From Chiloscyllium plagiosum (taxonomy: Eukaryota), in the NCBI RefSeq assembly GCF_004010195.1, contig NC_057720.1, positions 14,893,206 through 14,942,705 on the forward strand: 49,500 nucleotides of DNA. Direction: 5' to 3'. A program made the position numbers and the translations under genes. Positions 1 to 12,624 of this stretch are shown here, one piece after another. The first letter of the stretch is position 1, and every line of letters starts with the position of its first letter. Under the pieces are notes generated by a model that was not told the DNA's origin, ran no database searches, and was given only the letters and a program-made list of their open reading frames with translations.

Positions 1-425
1 GGTACATACATATCAAGGACATGTCGTATCTGTTCCTTGAAAAAGTTCCACATTTCCACGACATCCTTCCCTGACAGCCTGTGCTCCCAACTTATGCTTC
101 TCAGATCCTGTCTTACAGCATCGTATTTACCCTTCTCCCAATTGTAAAACCTACCCTGTTGCACGGACCTATCTCTCTCCATAACCAAGGTGAAAGTCAC
201 AGAATTGTGGTCACCATCACCAAAATGTTCACCCACTAACAAGCCCATCACTTGTCCCGGTTCATTACCGAGTACCAAATCCAATATGGCCTCCCCTCTG
301 GTCGGACAATCTACATACTGTGTTAGAAAAGCTTCCTGGACACACTGCACAAAAACCGCCCCATCCAATCTACTTGATCTAAAGAGCTTCCAATCAATGT
401 TTGGGAAGTTGAAATCGCCCATGAC
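1..425 (-). mobile_element. CR1-clade LINE ORF2 fragment (AP endonuclease C-terminal part)
   Basis: Minus strand translates to GDFNFPNIDW...PTRGEAILDLVLGNEPGQV...GEHFGDGDHN. Confidence 0.85.
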
Positions 426-439
426 ATACCGTAGTTGAA

Positions 440-1510
440 TAACCAGAAGGTATTTGTTAAGGTGCCACATCAAAGGTTATAATGGCAAGTAAAAGTTTGT
501 GATGTAGGGACAAGAGCAGCATAGGTAGAAGGTTGGCTGGCAATTAAAAAAAAAATTGAAAGTGCATAAATGATCTTTGTTTGATTGGCAGAGTGTGATG
601 AGTGGACTCCTGTATGGGTCTGGCTGAGGCATCAACCTTTTACAATTTATATCATGTCTCAGATGAGGGGAATGAAGGCAGTGTAGGTAAATTCACAGAT
701 ACCACATTGATCGGAAAGTAGGAAGAAGAGCAAAGGAAGTGGCAAATAGCAAATTGAATGGGCTAAAATCTGGTAGATGGAATATAGTGTGGGAAAACTT
801 GAAGTTGTTCGCCTCAGTGGTAGGAATAAAAAAAGTTGATTATTTATTTAAATTTAGAATGCAGAATTCCAAAGTACAGAGAAATTTGTGTATTCTGATA
901 TCACAAATGGTTCGTATTCAGGGGCAGCGAATAATCAAGAAGGCTAATGAGATGTTATAATTTATTACAAGAGGAATTGAACTTTTTTTATTCATTCATA
1001 GGGTGTGGGGACCACTGGCCAGGCCAGCATTTAATGCACTCATTGCTCACTGGGCAGGTGAAAGTCAACTACATTGTTATGAATCTGGAGCCACGTATCA
1101 GTAAGGATAGCATTTTCCTTCCCTAAAGGATATAGAAGTAAGGATATTATGCTCAAGTTATACAGAGTACTGGTGAGACCACATCTAAAATACAGTGTGT
1201 ACTTTCGGTGTGTATAATTAAGGAAGAATATAAATACATTGGAGGTAGTTCAGAAGAGATACACCAGATTAATACCTGGAAAGAGTATGTTGTTTTAGGG
1301 CAAAGATTGGACAGGCCTATGTTTGCTTCCACTGGAGTTTAGAAAAATGAAGCGAGAGTTGACTGAAGTTTATAAAATCCTAAATGTTCATGACGAGGTG
1401 GAAGTCAAAAGGATGCTTCCTCTTGTGTGTGTAGTCCAGAACTAAGAGACATTGTTTTAAAATTAGTGGCTACCCTTTTAGGTCAGAGGTGAGGATAATT
1501 TGTTTTCTGT
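440..1510 (+). mobile_element. Old, degenerate CR1 RT fragment interrupted by a SINE-tail fragment (~985-1130)
   Basis: Remnants of KAFDKVPH (aaggtatttgttaaggtgccacat), KFADDT and LVRPHL motifs with many stops. Confidence 0.7.
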
Positions 1511-1545
1511 CTACAGACCAGAGTTGGCAGGCTGACTTTCTTAGA

Positions 1546-3255
1546 GTCTAGATTAGAGTGGTGCTGGAAAAGCACAGCAGTTCAGGCAGCATCCAAGGAG
1601 CAGGAAAATCGACGTTTCGGGCAAAACCTTTCATCAGGAATAGAGGTAGGGTGCCTGCAGAGTGGAGAGATAAATGAGAGGGGGGTGGTGATGGGGCGAA
1701 AGTAGCATAGAGTACAATAGCTGAATGAGGGTGGGGATGGAGGTGATAGGTCAGAGAGGAGGGTGGAGTGGATAGGTGGAAAGGAAGATAGGCAGGTAGT
1801 ACAGGTCATGAGGGTGGTGCTGAGCTGGAAGGTTGGAGCTGGGGTGAGGTGGGGGAAGGGGAAATGAGGAAACTGGTGAAATCCACATTGATGCCCTGGG
1901 GTTGAAGTGTTCTGAGGCGGAAGCTGAGACATTCTTCCTCCAGGTGTCAGGTGGTGAGGGAGCGGCGGTCGAGGAGGCCCAGGACCTGCATGTCCTTGCA
2001 GAGTGGGAGGGGGAGTTGAAATGTTGGGCCACAGGGCGATGTGGTTGATTGGTGCGGGTGTCCCAGAGATGTTCCCGAAAGCTCTCTGCTAGGAGGCGTA
2101 CAGTCTCCCCAATCAGGAGTAACAGATACAATAAATGATATTGGTGGATGTGCAGGTAAAACTTTGATGGGTGTGGAAGGCTCTTTTGGGACCTTGGATG
2201 GAGGTGAGGGAGGAGGTGTGGGCGCAAGTTTTGCAATTCCTACGGTGGCAGGGGAAGGTGCCAGGACGGGAGGGTGGGTTGTTGGGGGCCGTGGACCTGA
2301 CCAGGTAGTCATGGAGGGAACGGTTTTTACGGAAATCGGAAATGGCTGGGGAGGGAAATATATCCCTGGTGGTGGGGTCTGTTTGGAGGTGACGGAAATG
2401 TCTTCGAATGATGTGGTTTATGCAAAGGTTGGTAGGATGCAAGGTGAGTACCGGGGGGTTCTGTCCTTGTTACAGTTGGGGTGTGGGATTTGAGGGCAGA
2501 GGGGCGGGATGTGGACGAAATGCGTTGGTGGGCATCTTTAACCACGTGGAAAGGGAAATTGCGGTCTCTAAAGAGGAAGGCTATCTGGTGTGTTCTGTGG
2601 TGGAACTGGTCCACCTGGGAGCAGATACGGCGGAGGCGGAGGAATTGGGAATACAGGGTGGCATTTTTGCAGGAGGTAGGGTGGGAAGAGGTGTAATCCA
2701 GGTAGCTGTGGGAGTCGGTGGGTTTGTAAAAAATGCCAGTGTCAAGTCGGTCGTAATTAATGGAGATGGAGAGGTCCAGGAAGGGGAGGGAGGTGTCAGA
2801 GATGGTCCAGGTAAATTTAAGGTTGGGGTGGAATGTGTTAGTGAAGTTGATGAATTGCTCAACCTCCTCGTGGGAGCACAGGGTGGTGCCAATGCAATCA
2901 TCAATATAGCGGAGGAAGAGGTGGGGAGTGGTGCCAGTGTAACTACGGAAGATGGACTGTTCTATGTAGCCAACAAAGAGACAGGCATAGCTGGGGCCCA
3001 TGCAGGTGCCCATGGCTACTCCTTTGGTCTGGAGGAAGTGGGAGGATTCGAAGGAGAAATTGTTTAGAGTGAGGACCAGTTCAGCCAAACGAATGAGAAT
3101 GTCGGTGGAAGGGTACTGTTGGGGACGTCGGGAGAGGAAGAAATGGAGGGTTTGGAGGTCCTGGTCATGGCAGATGGAGGTGTAGAGGGACTGGATAGCC
3201 ATGGTGAAGATGAGGCATTGGGGGCCAGGGAAACGGAAATCTCGGAGGAGGTGGG
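1546..3255 (-). mobile_element. 5'-truncated, frameshifted Penelope-like element (RT + GIY-YIG endonuclease + 3' pseudo-LTR with hammerhead motif)
   Basis: ORF 2327-3202: SLYTSI, GVAMGTCMGPSYA, RYIDD, LPFLD. Downstream frames give C..RNCKTC, NIIYCI and IGET.R.L...F.EH. Hammerhead motif at 1607-1641. Confidence 0.92.
1607..1641 (-). ncRNA. Minimal hammerhead motif (CUGAUGA variant, weakened stem II)
   Basis: Minus strand ATTC-CTGATGA-AAGGTTTTGCCC-GAAAC-GTC-GATT. Confidence 0.7.
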
Positions 3256-3288
3256 TGGGTATTTTCTGCTGACTGTAAATTATTTTGA

Positions 3289-3573
3289 TTTAGATTACTT
3301 ACAGTGTGGCAACAGGCCCTTCAGCCCAACAAGTCCACACCGACCCGCAACACACCCATACCCCTACACCTAACACTACGGGCAATTTAGCATGGCCAAT
3401 TCTCCTAACCTGCACATCTTTGGAATGTGGGAGGAAACCGGAGCACCCGGAGGAAACCCACGCAGACACGGGGAAAATGTGCAGACTCCACACAGTCAGT
3501 CGCCTGAGGCGGGAATTGAACCCGGGTCTCTGGTGCTGTGAGGTAGCAGTGCTAACCACTGTGCCACTGTGCC
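3289..3573 (-). mobile_element. tRNA-derived V-SINE (HE1-like)
   Basis: A/B-box head, V-domain core (ctgtgtggagtctgcac...gggtttcctccgggtgctccggtttcctccc) and a CR1-like tail ending in TAATC. Confidence 0.85.
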
Positions 3574-3667
3574 TCCCATGTGTTCTTTCGTGGGATGTGA
3601 GCATCACTGGCAAAGACAGAATTTGTTGTCCATCCCTAAATGACATGCTTGGCTATTTCGAGAGTGA

Positions 3668-4140
3668 GGAGAAAGTGAGGTCTGCAGATGCTGGAGATCA
3701 AAGTTGAAACTTTATTGCTGGAACAGCACAGCAGGTCAGGCAGCATCCAGGGAACAGGAGATTCGACGTTTCGGGCACAGGAATGAGCAGAGAGTGTTCA
3801 GCAGGAGAAGATAAAAGGTAGGGAGGAGGGTCTTATCTTCCGACTGGGAACCCTCCAACCGCGTGGAGGGCACCGTCGACCACGTCGCCTTCCTGACCTG
3901 CAGTCTTCTTGTTGACCTCTCCGCCTCCATCCTACTCCGACCTATCACCCTCACCTTGACCTCTTTCCACCTATCACATTTCCAACGCCCCTCCTCCAAG
4001 TCCCTCCTCCCTACCTTTTATCTTCTCCTGCTGAACACTCTCTGCTCATTCCTGAAGAAGGGCCTGTGCCCGAAACGTCGAATCTCCTGTTCCCTGGATG
4101 CTGCCTGACCTGCTGTGCTGTTCCAGCAATAAAGTTTCAA
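3668..4140. mobile_element. Penelope-derived insertion of two inverted 3' ends, with 15 bp TSD
   Basis: TSD CTATTTCGAGAGTGA at 3653-3667 and 4141-4155. Arms ~3702-3830 and ~4002-4142 are reverse complements apart from a 12 bp deletion. Confidence 0.9.
4048..4083 (+). ncRNA. Intact minimal type I hammerhead ribozyme motif; predicted cleavage after C4079
   Basis: ATTC (stem I) CTGAAGA A GGGC-CTGT-GCCC (stem II) GAAAC GTC GAAT (stem I'); palindromic ACGT stem III. Confidence 0.85.
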
Positions 4141-4555
4141 CTATTTCGAGAGTGACATTACTGTGGGTCTGGAGACACACATAAGTCAAACTGGATAAGA
4201 ATGGCAAATTTCCTGCCCTGATGATATTAGTGAACCACATGGTTTCTTACAAATCAATGGCAATGTCATGGTCACTATTCTGAGACTAGTCTTTAAGTCA
4301 TCATTGGTACTGTGGTGGGACAAATCCCAATGGTAAGGGGATGAGGTAAATAATTGCCTACTTAAGTATCTTAAGTGCTGAATGGGCTGCCCATTGTCAC
4401 CCACATCTCTGGTGCAATTATAAAACAAAGAACTGTGGATGTTGGAGACAAAAACAGAAATGACTGGCAAAACTCAGCAGGTCTGACAATATCTGTGGGA
4501 AGAAAGCAGAGTTATTGTTTCAGGTTTGGTTCTGATGAAATCCTTTAAATCCACG

Positions 4556-6243
4556 AGAGACATAGAGTTATACAGCATGAAAACAGACCCTTTGATCCAA
4601 CTCGTCCATGCCAACCAGATATCCCAACCCAATCTAGTCCCACCTGCCAGCACCTGGCCCATATCCCTCCAAACCCTTCCTAATCACATAACTATCCAGA
4701 TGACTTTTAAATGTTGCAATTGTACCAGCCTCCACCACTTCATCTGGCAGCTCATTCCACACACATACCACCCTCTGTGTGAAAAAGTTGCCCCTTAGGT
4801 CTCTTTTATATCTTTCCCCTCTCACCCTAAACCTATGCCCTCTAGTTCTGGACTTTCCCACCCAGGGAAAAAAACCTTGTCTATTTATCCTATCTATGCC
4901 CTTCATGATTTTTTAAACTGCTCTAAGGTCACCCCTCAGCCTCCGACGCTCCAGGGAAAACAGCCCTAGACTATTCAACCTCTCCCTATAGCTCAAATCC
5001 TCCAACCCTGGCAACATCCTTGTAAATCTTTTCTGAACCCTTTCAAGCNNNNNNNNNNNNNNNNNNNNNNNNNNNNNNNNNNNNNNNNNNNNNTGTACTC
5101 AATACTCTGACCAATAAAGGAAAGCATACCAAACGCCTTTTTCACTATCCTATCTATCTGCGACTCCACTTTCAAGGAGCTCTGAACCTGCACTCCAAGG
5201 TCTCTTTGTTCAGCAACATTCCCCAGGACCTTACCATTAAGTGTATAAGTCCTGCTAAAATTTGCTTTCCCAAAATGCAGTACCTCATATTTATCTAAAT
5301 TATATTCCATTTGCCACTTCTCAGCCAATTGGCCCATCTGATTAGATTAGATTAGATTACTTACAGTGTGGAAACAGGCCCTTCGGCCCAACAAGTCCAC
5401 ACCGACCCGCCGAAGCGCAACCCACCCATACCTCTACATTTACCCCTTACCTAACACTACGGGCAATTTAGCATGGCCAATTCACCTGACCCGCACATCT
5501 TTGTGACTGTGGGAGGAAACTGGAGCACCCGGAGGAAACCCACGCAGACACGGGGAGAACGTGCAAACTCCACACAGTCAGTCACCTGAGTCGGGAATTG
5601 AACCCGGGTCTCTGATCAAGACCCGGGATCTGATCAAGATCCCTTTGTAATCTGAGGTAACCTTCTTCGTTGTCCACTATACCTTGAATTTTGGTGTCAT
5701 CTGCAAACTTACTAACCACATCTCTTACGCTCACATCCAAATCATTTATATAAATGATGAAAAGTAGTGGACCCAGCACCGAGCCTCGTGACACTCCATG
5801 CCGACCAAATTTCCCAAACTAATCTAGTTCTATTTTCAGCATTTGGTCCATATCCCTCCAAACATTTCTTATTCGTGTATTATCCAAATGCCCTTTAAAT
5901 GTTGTAACTGTACCTGCATATACCACTTCCTTTGGCAGCTCATTCACCATTCGAACCATCCTCTGTGTGAAAACGTTGCTTCATGGGTCTCTTTTAAATC
6001 TTCCTCCCTAGTTATGAACTATGCCCCCTAGTTTTGAACTCCCCAACTCTAGAGAAAAGACCTCTGCTATTCACCTTATCTATGGCCTTATGATTTTATA
6101 AATATCCATAGGTCACCCTTTTACCTCCAGACTCCAGTGAAAAAAGTCTCAGCTCATTCAGCCTCTCCTTATAACTTCACACCCTGCAATCCTGTAACAT
6201 CTTTGTAAATCTTTTCTGCACCCTCCCCAGTTTAATAATAACC
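4556..6243 (-). mobile_element. Two adjacent CR1 3' fragments (about 4556-5795 and 5797-6243); the first is split by a SINE and an N gap
   Basis: [38 protein letters not shown] motifs; ctctatg-type tail. Confidence 0.88.
5341..5612 (-). mobile_element. HE1-like V-SINE, 5' truncated, nested in CR1
   Basis: (ATTAG)n tail, V-domain core and B-box. Confidence 0.85.
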
Positions 6244-6607
6244 TTCAGCAAGAGCTGTAAAGTCCAAGTCATTAAGCAAAGTACTTGAAGGAAATTCTGA
6301 GCAATGAGGTGGAGTATGATGTAAATGATAGTTTTATTTGACATAGTTATGATTGTAACATTTCACAGTGTGAGATAAAAGAACATTCAACACTTTCATC
6401 TGGTGTCGCTGGTTTGCTATTCCAGTTGTGATAATACAAGTATTACCTTAAATGAGCAAACCAGTATGAAAAAGTTTCAAATAGGCATCTTAAGCACTTT
6501 TTAAAACAGATATAAAATTTAACCACTAAATGAGCTCATTTCTTTAAAAGTTCCTACCAAATAGTCAAGGATCCATCTCAACTACTCTCAGGTGAAGAGA
6601 GTTAACC

Positions 6608-7411
6608 GGGGAGAAAGTGAGGACTGCAGATGCTGGAGATCAAAGTTGAAACTTTATTGCTGGAACAGCACAGCAGGTCAGGCAGCATCCAGGGAACAGG
6701 AGATTCGACGTTTCGGGCACAGGCCCTTCTTCAGGAATGAGCAGAGAGTGTTCAGCAGGAGAAGATAAAAGGTAGGGAGGAGGGACTTGGAGGAGGGGCG
6801 TTGGAAATTTGATAGGTCTGGGGTGTGCAGTGAGAGAGGGACTCACTGAAATCTTTGTAGAGAGAGGCAGAGAGCTTCTGCAAGGAAGGCATCCTTGTAA
6901 GAGGATTCGCAGTAGGTTCAATGTATAGGAGGCCACATCGGGTGCAGCGGATGCTGCAGGGTGGTTGGGTTGGTTCGTCCGGGTGGCCCAGAGGTGCTCT
7001 CTGAATCGCTCCGCAAGTAGGCGGCCTGTCTCCCCAATATAGAGGAGGCCACACCGGCTGCAGCGGATGCAGTAGATGATGTGGGTGGAGGTGCAGGTGA
7101 ATCTGTGGCGGATATGGAAGTTTCCCTTGGGGCCTTGGAGAGAAGTGAGGGGGGAGGTGTGGGCGCAAGTGTTGCACCTCCTGCGGTTGCAAGGGAAGGT
7201 GCCGGGAGTGGTGGTTGGGTCGGTGGGGGGTGTGGATCTGACAAGGGAGTCGCGGAGGGAGTGGTCTCTACGGAAAGCTGATAGGGGAGGGGAGGGAAAT
7301 ATATCCTTGGTGCTGGGGTCTGTTTGGAGGTGGCGGAAGTGACGGCGGATGATGCGCTGTACATGGAGATTGGTGGGGTGGTAGGTGAGGACCAGTGGGT
7401 AGGTGAGGACC
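6608..7411 (-). mobile_element. Rearranged Penelope-like 3' fragment (GIY-YIG region + pseudo-LTR) with 12 bp TSD
   Basis: TSD AGAGAGTTAACC at 6596-6607 and 7412-7423; IRCTRCGLLYI motif; hammerhead at 6703-6738. Confidence 0.9.
6703..6738 (-). ncRNA. Intact minimal hammerhead motif, identical to 4048-4083
   Basis: Exact reverse complement of ATTCCTGAAGAAGGGCCTGTGCCCGAAACGTCGAAT. Confidence 0.85.
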
Positions 7412-10400
7412 AGAGAGTTAACCCCCCAAGAGAGAAAAAAACTTCCTCATCTCCAACTTAAATGGGGTGATCTGTTAATGTTAAATGGTGTCCTCCAGCT
7501 CTAGCCTTGCCTAAAACCTGTGCAGTTATAATAAATCGCACTTGCCCAACAACCTCGGGAAATCTGAAGTGCAGTTGCTGTTCTGCAATAGAAATGCACA
7601 ACAAGGTCTCCACAATAACAAGGAGATATATGACCAAATTATGTGATTTAGTCATGGTGATTAAAGGCATTGAATGGGAGGACAAACTGTCCAACATTAA
7701 GATACTTTAATGAGCAGAAGTTCTGGAATTGGATCAAGGCACAGCCAAAATGGTGTGGCCTGATGATAAAATTCCAAAGGGAGGCTCCTGCCTTAAACAA
7801 GGTGTAGTTTATTGAAAGATGGCAACTAGGCAGAAGTGGTATTGCTATGCTAAATGTTGTTACTAAGTTGTTAGGGAACTCTCGATGTGAAGTCTTCCTC
7901 CTTTGCAGTCCAAAGCTATACTCCTGTCCATGTCCATCATTATTTGGCAGTGCTCAATGCAATAATCCTTTCAGACCTTAGCATCTTTATATGACATGCA
8001 CAAGAAAGTTCTCTCTGAGTAGTAGTCTGATGTTACCTTCAAACACAAACAATGTAGGAAGCTAAGGACAAAAGGCAACCATAAGAGACTAAGCAGTTTG
8101 AACAACATCAGACAATTTTTGCTTGCCTGCACAATGGAAACCCTTTGCAGGTCCATAAATAGCTCCTCTGCCTTGTTAGAGCACACAACAGATCACTCCA
8201 AGTATGCAAAAACAAACCTGTCCTTTTCAATAGCAAAGTGAAACCAATAACGGTTTAATGGATGAATTAATTATTATTCTCAGCAATTTCAAAGCCCTGT
8301 TGATGCCAGCAATTATTGCAGGGCTGTACAAGCACTACATTTGTGTCACTGGTAGTGTTCCTAACAAGCTGGAGATTATGTCCATTTCTATTCTTTAGCC
8401 TCATTAATGCTGCATGACTTTACACTGCATTAAAAAAAAATCTGTTTTCTTTAATTGCAGTTTTTCAAGCTGATTGCTGAAAGGCCAGACATTAACTAAT
8501 TGTATCATGTCAAAATAAAACTTAACACAATACAGCATTGAGACTGGTCTCCTTTGTAAAGGAGATATTCCCAATGCCACATGGAAGTCAAACAGTTACA
8601 ATGTGCAAGTGGGCTAGAATTTTTCATTCTCATCTGCAATATTTGACGTTCCTTGCTGCTAACATTTTCACCTTCCTCAATTTGCTTTTGCATTATGGCT
8701 TGTGTACAAATGACTGAAGTGGAAAGCTGGTTTAGGGATGTAAGAAATATTTGTAAATTGGTTAAGCAAAATACATGAAAAGAAACTGTGTTGCTCTCTC
8801 TCTCTCCCTCTCTCACTCACTCTCCTTCTCTCAACAGTACTGATATAAAAATTTGGACCTTTTGCAGAAATTAAAATGGCCAAAACCTTCACTGTAATTT
8901 TATTCAAAGCCTCCTCTGATCTGCTGTCCTTTCTGATTAGGAAGTGGGAGGCTCCGTATCAACAAGCTTGAGCCTTTTGAACTGGCGACAGGATTTCCCA
9001 TCTCACATAATTTGCCCCTTAGGTAAATAAAACTGCACTGGCAAGCTTGTGTCAAATGACAGGGATCGCAGAACCTCACCCTGTTTCGCGATGATAAAAA
9101 TAGAAATGGGATCAGCCACATCTGCGTCATTTCCTCTTGGCTCATGCTGTCGCTCCCGTGGGAGTCAATGCTAGGATTGGGAATTTGGATCAGAAAAGCT
9201 GCTGCAGCTGGAGACCAAGACTACAATTAATGTCATCTTCAGCTCTGAGTTGTACTAACATATGGGCTGTGCTGGAGAAATGTGCGTGCTGGGGCTAATT
9301 GAGAATGATTTCTTTTCTCAAAAACACACGCAATTATTTCCACCATGCAGTTGTTTTGCAATGTACTCACAAGTGGAATTACATAGAAATAAAGTGGTTA
9401 CGGAAACACTCAACCCAATCTGTCCATTGTCACATCAGCGATTGTCTTAGTGACTCATGCCCATCCTACACTTAGTTCGTTTTAATTCCTCCAATTATTT
9501 AGTCCTAAATGGGTTGATAAAGGCATAGGGCAGAAACTAACATCCTTCCTCACAGTGGGTTCAATGCTAGTGGTGGTGGGGGTTGAATTTAATCAGGGAG
9601 GTGGGATGACAGGATGACCCCATTGCCTTCCCGCTACCACACCCATCAAATCTGTGCTGCCAAGACCTACGGGCAGTCTTTAAAAACCAGTTTCGGGCCT
9701 GTGAGTAGGCAATGAATTCCCATTTAAAAGCCTCATCCTGCTACTGGTACTAACCCTACGGTGGGCAGGTAGTTTGAGGTGGGTGATGGGAGCGGGAAGG
9801 TTAGCTATTTTTCAGGATGAGGTTGACAGGTTCTTCATTACCGAGGGGATGAAAGTTCATCAGGGACATGGAGGAATATAGAGTTGAGCCGTTGAATGGC
9901 ACAGTAAACTCGAAGGGCTGAGGGGTCTACTTTTGTTCCTTGTTCATTTGTTTGAAGGTGCAGGCAACATGATAAGGAAACCCATGTTTATTTCTATATA
10001 GGCTCCAGGGAGATGGGGTGGCATGGGGTTGGGGGCGGCGGAGTGATGTGTGTGCAGAGCAAGTGCTCTTGTTCAAATTCACTCTGTGCCTGATTGAAGG
10101 CATGAGGTGGTTGGGGGTTGGCAATTGGCCACTTGGCGTCACTTCCCTACCCTTGCTTTTGGTATCCCCTCACCCAGGACCCACGATGCCATTCTTACCA
10201 ACACTCATTTGCAAGTCTGCTTCCCTGTCAATCCTCAGGAGATTGTGATCCTGGAGAGTGTCCTTTTGCTGGCCAGGTAAGTGCCTGAGTGACACAAGAT
10301 GTTTAAAGATGTTTGTCCATTTAAGACAGATTCATGGAGATTTTTTTTTCTCTCACAGAGGGACATGAATCTTTGGATCACTATTCCTCTCAAAAGGTAG

Positions 10401-10419
10401 TGGAAGAAGAATCTTTGAA

Positions 10420-10955
10420 GGGTCCATTGCTTTTAATCGTTTATTTAAATGATTTGGATGTGAACAAAGGAGGTTTGGTCAGCAAGTTTGCAGATGACAC
10501 CAAAATTGGAGATGTAGTGGACAGTGAAGAAGGTTAACCCCACCAGATGCCTTTTAAATGCTGTAATTGTACTTGCCTCCACCACTTCCTCTGGCAGCTC
10601 ATTCCACTCATGCACCACCCTCTGTGTGGAAAAGTTGCCCCTTCGGTCCCTTTTAAATCTTTCCCCCATTACCTTAAACCTACACCCTCTAGTTTTGAAC
10701 TGCACTACATGGGGAAGAAAGCCTTTGCTATTCACGCTTTCTATGCCCCTCATGATCTTATAAACCTCTATAAGGTTTATAGACGTTCAAGTGCTCAAGG
10801 CTTGTTGAAGTCCCATCTCTTTAAAGCTCAACCTCCAATGCTCCAGGGAAAACAGTCCCAGCCTATTCAGCCTCTCCCTATACTTCAAACCCTCCAACCC
10901 CAGCAACATCCTTGTAAATTTTCTCAACACTATTCAAATTTAATAACATCTCCTT
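10420..10955. mobile_element. CR1 fragments in opposite orientations (+ 10420-10535; - 10540-10955)
   Basis: [20 protein letters not shown] on +; KTRG..FSTQRVVHEWNELP on -. Confidence 0.8.
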
Positions 10956-11529
10956 AAAAACAATTACATAAGGATACCTTAAATATTAATGTTGTGGGGG
11001 CTGAAAGTCAAAAGAAACGGAAAACACTGGAAACACCCAACAGACTCCGATGAGGAAACACAGTTCAGCTCACATTTGTAGCATAAAACCAATGCTCCTC
11101 CAGATGCTTTTAATAAGATCTTTATCATTTTTGGACTCTGACGTGATGTTATCCACAGTCATTGAATGATAACGGCCTGATTTTTTTTTTAACAAATGTT
11201 GATTGAGGGACAAATTGGTCAAGCCGTTGAAGAGACCCTCGCCCTGGGCCACGATTTTATGAGGTCCCAGGTAGAATGCGAGGAATTAGAAGGTGTACAA
11301 AATCCAATGAGAAGGTTAGGGTTGGGAGTGGGGCTTGGTGGTGACATTGGCCTGCCATCACCTTCCTACCATTGCTTTGCCAACAGTTGTGAAGGTGACA
11401 GAGGAAGGGTCCACCCATACTGAATCCACTGTAGGTCCTTAAGTAGCAAATCACTAGATACCTAGTTACCACAGAGATGCAGAGAGTGAGGGAGGGAGAG
11501 GGGGTCGCCGGGGGGCGGTGAGGGAGGGG

Positions 11530-11535
<6 letters not shown>

Positions 11536-11566
<31 letters not shown>

Positions 11567-11567
11567 C
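11536..11567. repeat. (GA)n microsatellite
   Basis: Direct dinucleotide run. Confidence 0.9.
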
Positions 11568-12624
11568 AGTACCCCTTTCAATGTTTCAAAAGATGCAGCA
11601 GCCTATTAAGCTGTTTTGAAGTGTACTCATGATGAAAACATGCTGGTGATGATATAATGCAGAAAAAGCTATGGAGTTCTACAACATCTCAACTGCAACA
11701 GTGAAGACTTATGCTCCAGAATCAGCTTGGCCCCTAGCCAAGATACTTCAGTACATCAGTACAACTACACTGGTAACTACCCAGCAAAGTAGAAAATTGC
11801 CAAGTATATCCTCTCTGTTAAAAACAGGATGAATCCAATCAGGCTAATTATTGCCCCATGAATCTAGCCTTATAAGCAATTGTGGAAGTCAGTTTGCCCA
11901 AAGTAACATGCATGAACTGGTTTTGTTGTACAATCCTGAGGGGCCAGTTGTACAAAGGTCCTATCCTCTGCCTTGCTGTATTTAGACCTGCTCCAATTCT
12001 CCTGTTTGCTTCTGCCTGCTGGGATGACCACCCTTTGCTGCTTGCTCCTCAACGTAACACCTTGAGTTGGACCTGATGGAGGTTTCGAAAACTACATCAA
12101 TCCCAATGTCAACCAACTCTAACCCTCCCCCAATTATAGCAGCTCCAATAATTCACTTGCAAAGCTTCCACACTTCATGTGGGAAAATGAAGTGATGTTT
12201 CACAATGGAACCCATTACATTGAGGAAATGAAGTCTAGCAGATTGCTAAATTGTGCACTGTCGGTTCAACCACTGCGATTTTGAATGTTAGGTGGCACGT
12301 TGATCAGGACGTTGAAGATTTGAAATTTAACAGAGAGGAATGTTTTTGGTGCAGACCTTCCAGCTTGTGGGAAAAAGGAAGATTATAACTTCCACATGTT
12401 TGTGAGCCGAGTTGAACTCGTGTTTCCTGTGGGAACTATTTATAAGAGATTCTCACACAAGTTTCATACAGTTGGAATGCCCCTGCTACATTGTAGGGAA
12501 AGCACATAAATTAGAAGCAGTTGACATGTTTTGCTGATTTCGTATTCCTTCAGCTACTAAACAATATCTTTAAAAGGAATAAAGTACTGTTCAATATTCC
12601 TACACTAGAGAGTTGAACACAAAC

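Noticed and set aside
2041..3067. Plus-strand ORFs of 150 and 219 aa
   Set aside because: Antisense shadows of the Penelope ORF.
3500..3573. tRNA genes at A/B-box sequences, here and at ~15870-15937 and ~35965-36037
   Set aside because: They are SINE heads fused to the V-domain; no full cloverleaf was evident.
7971..9145. Short minus-strand ORFs as a second protein-coding gene
   Set aside because: No recognisable domain and no convincing spliced reading frame.
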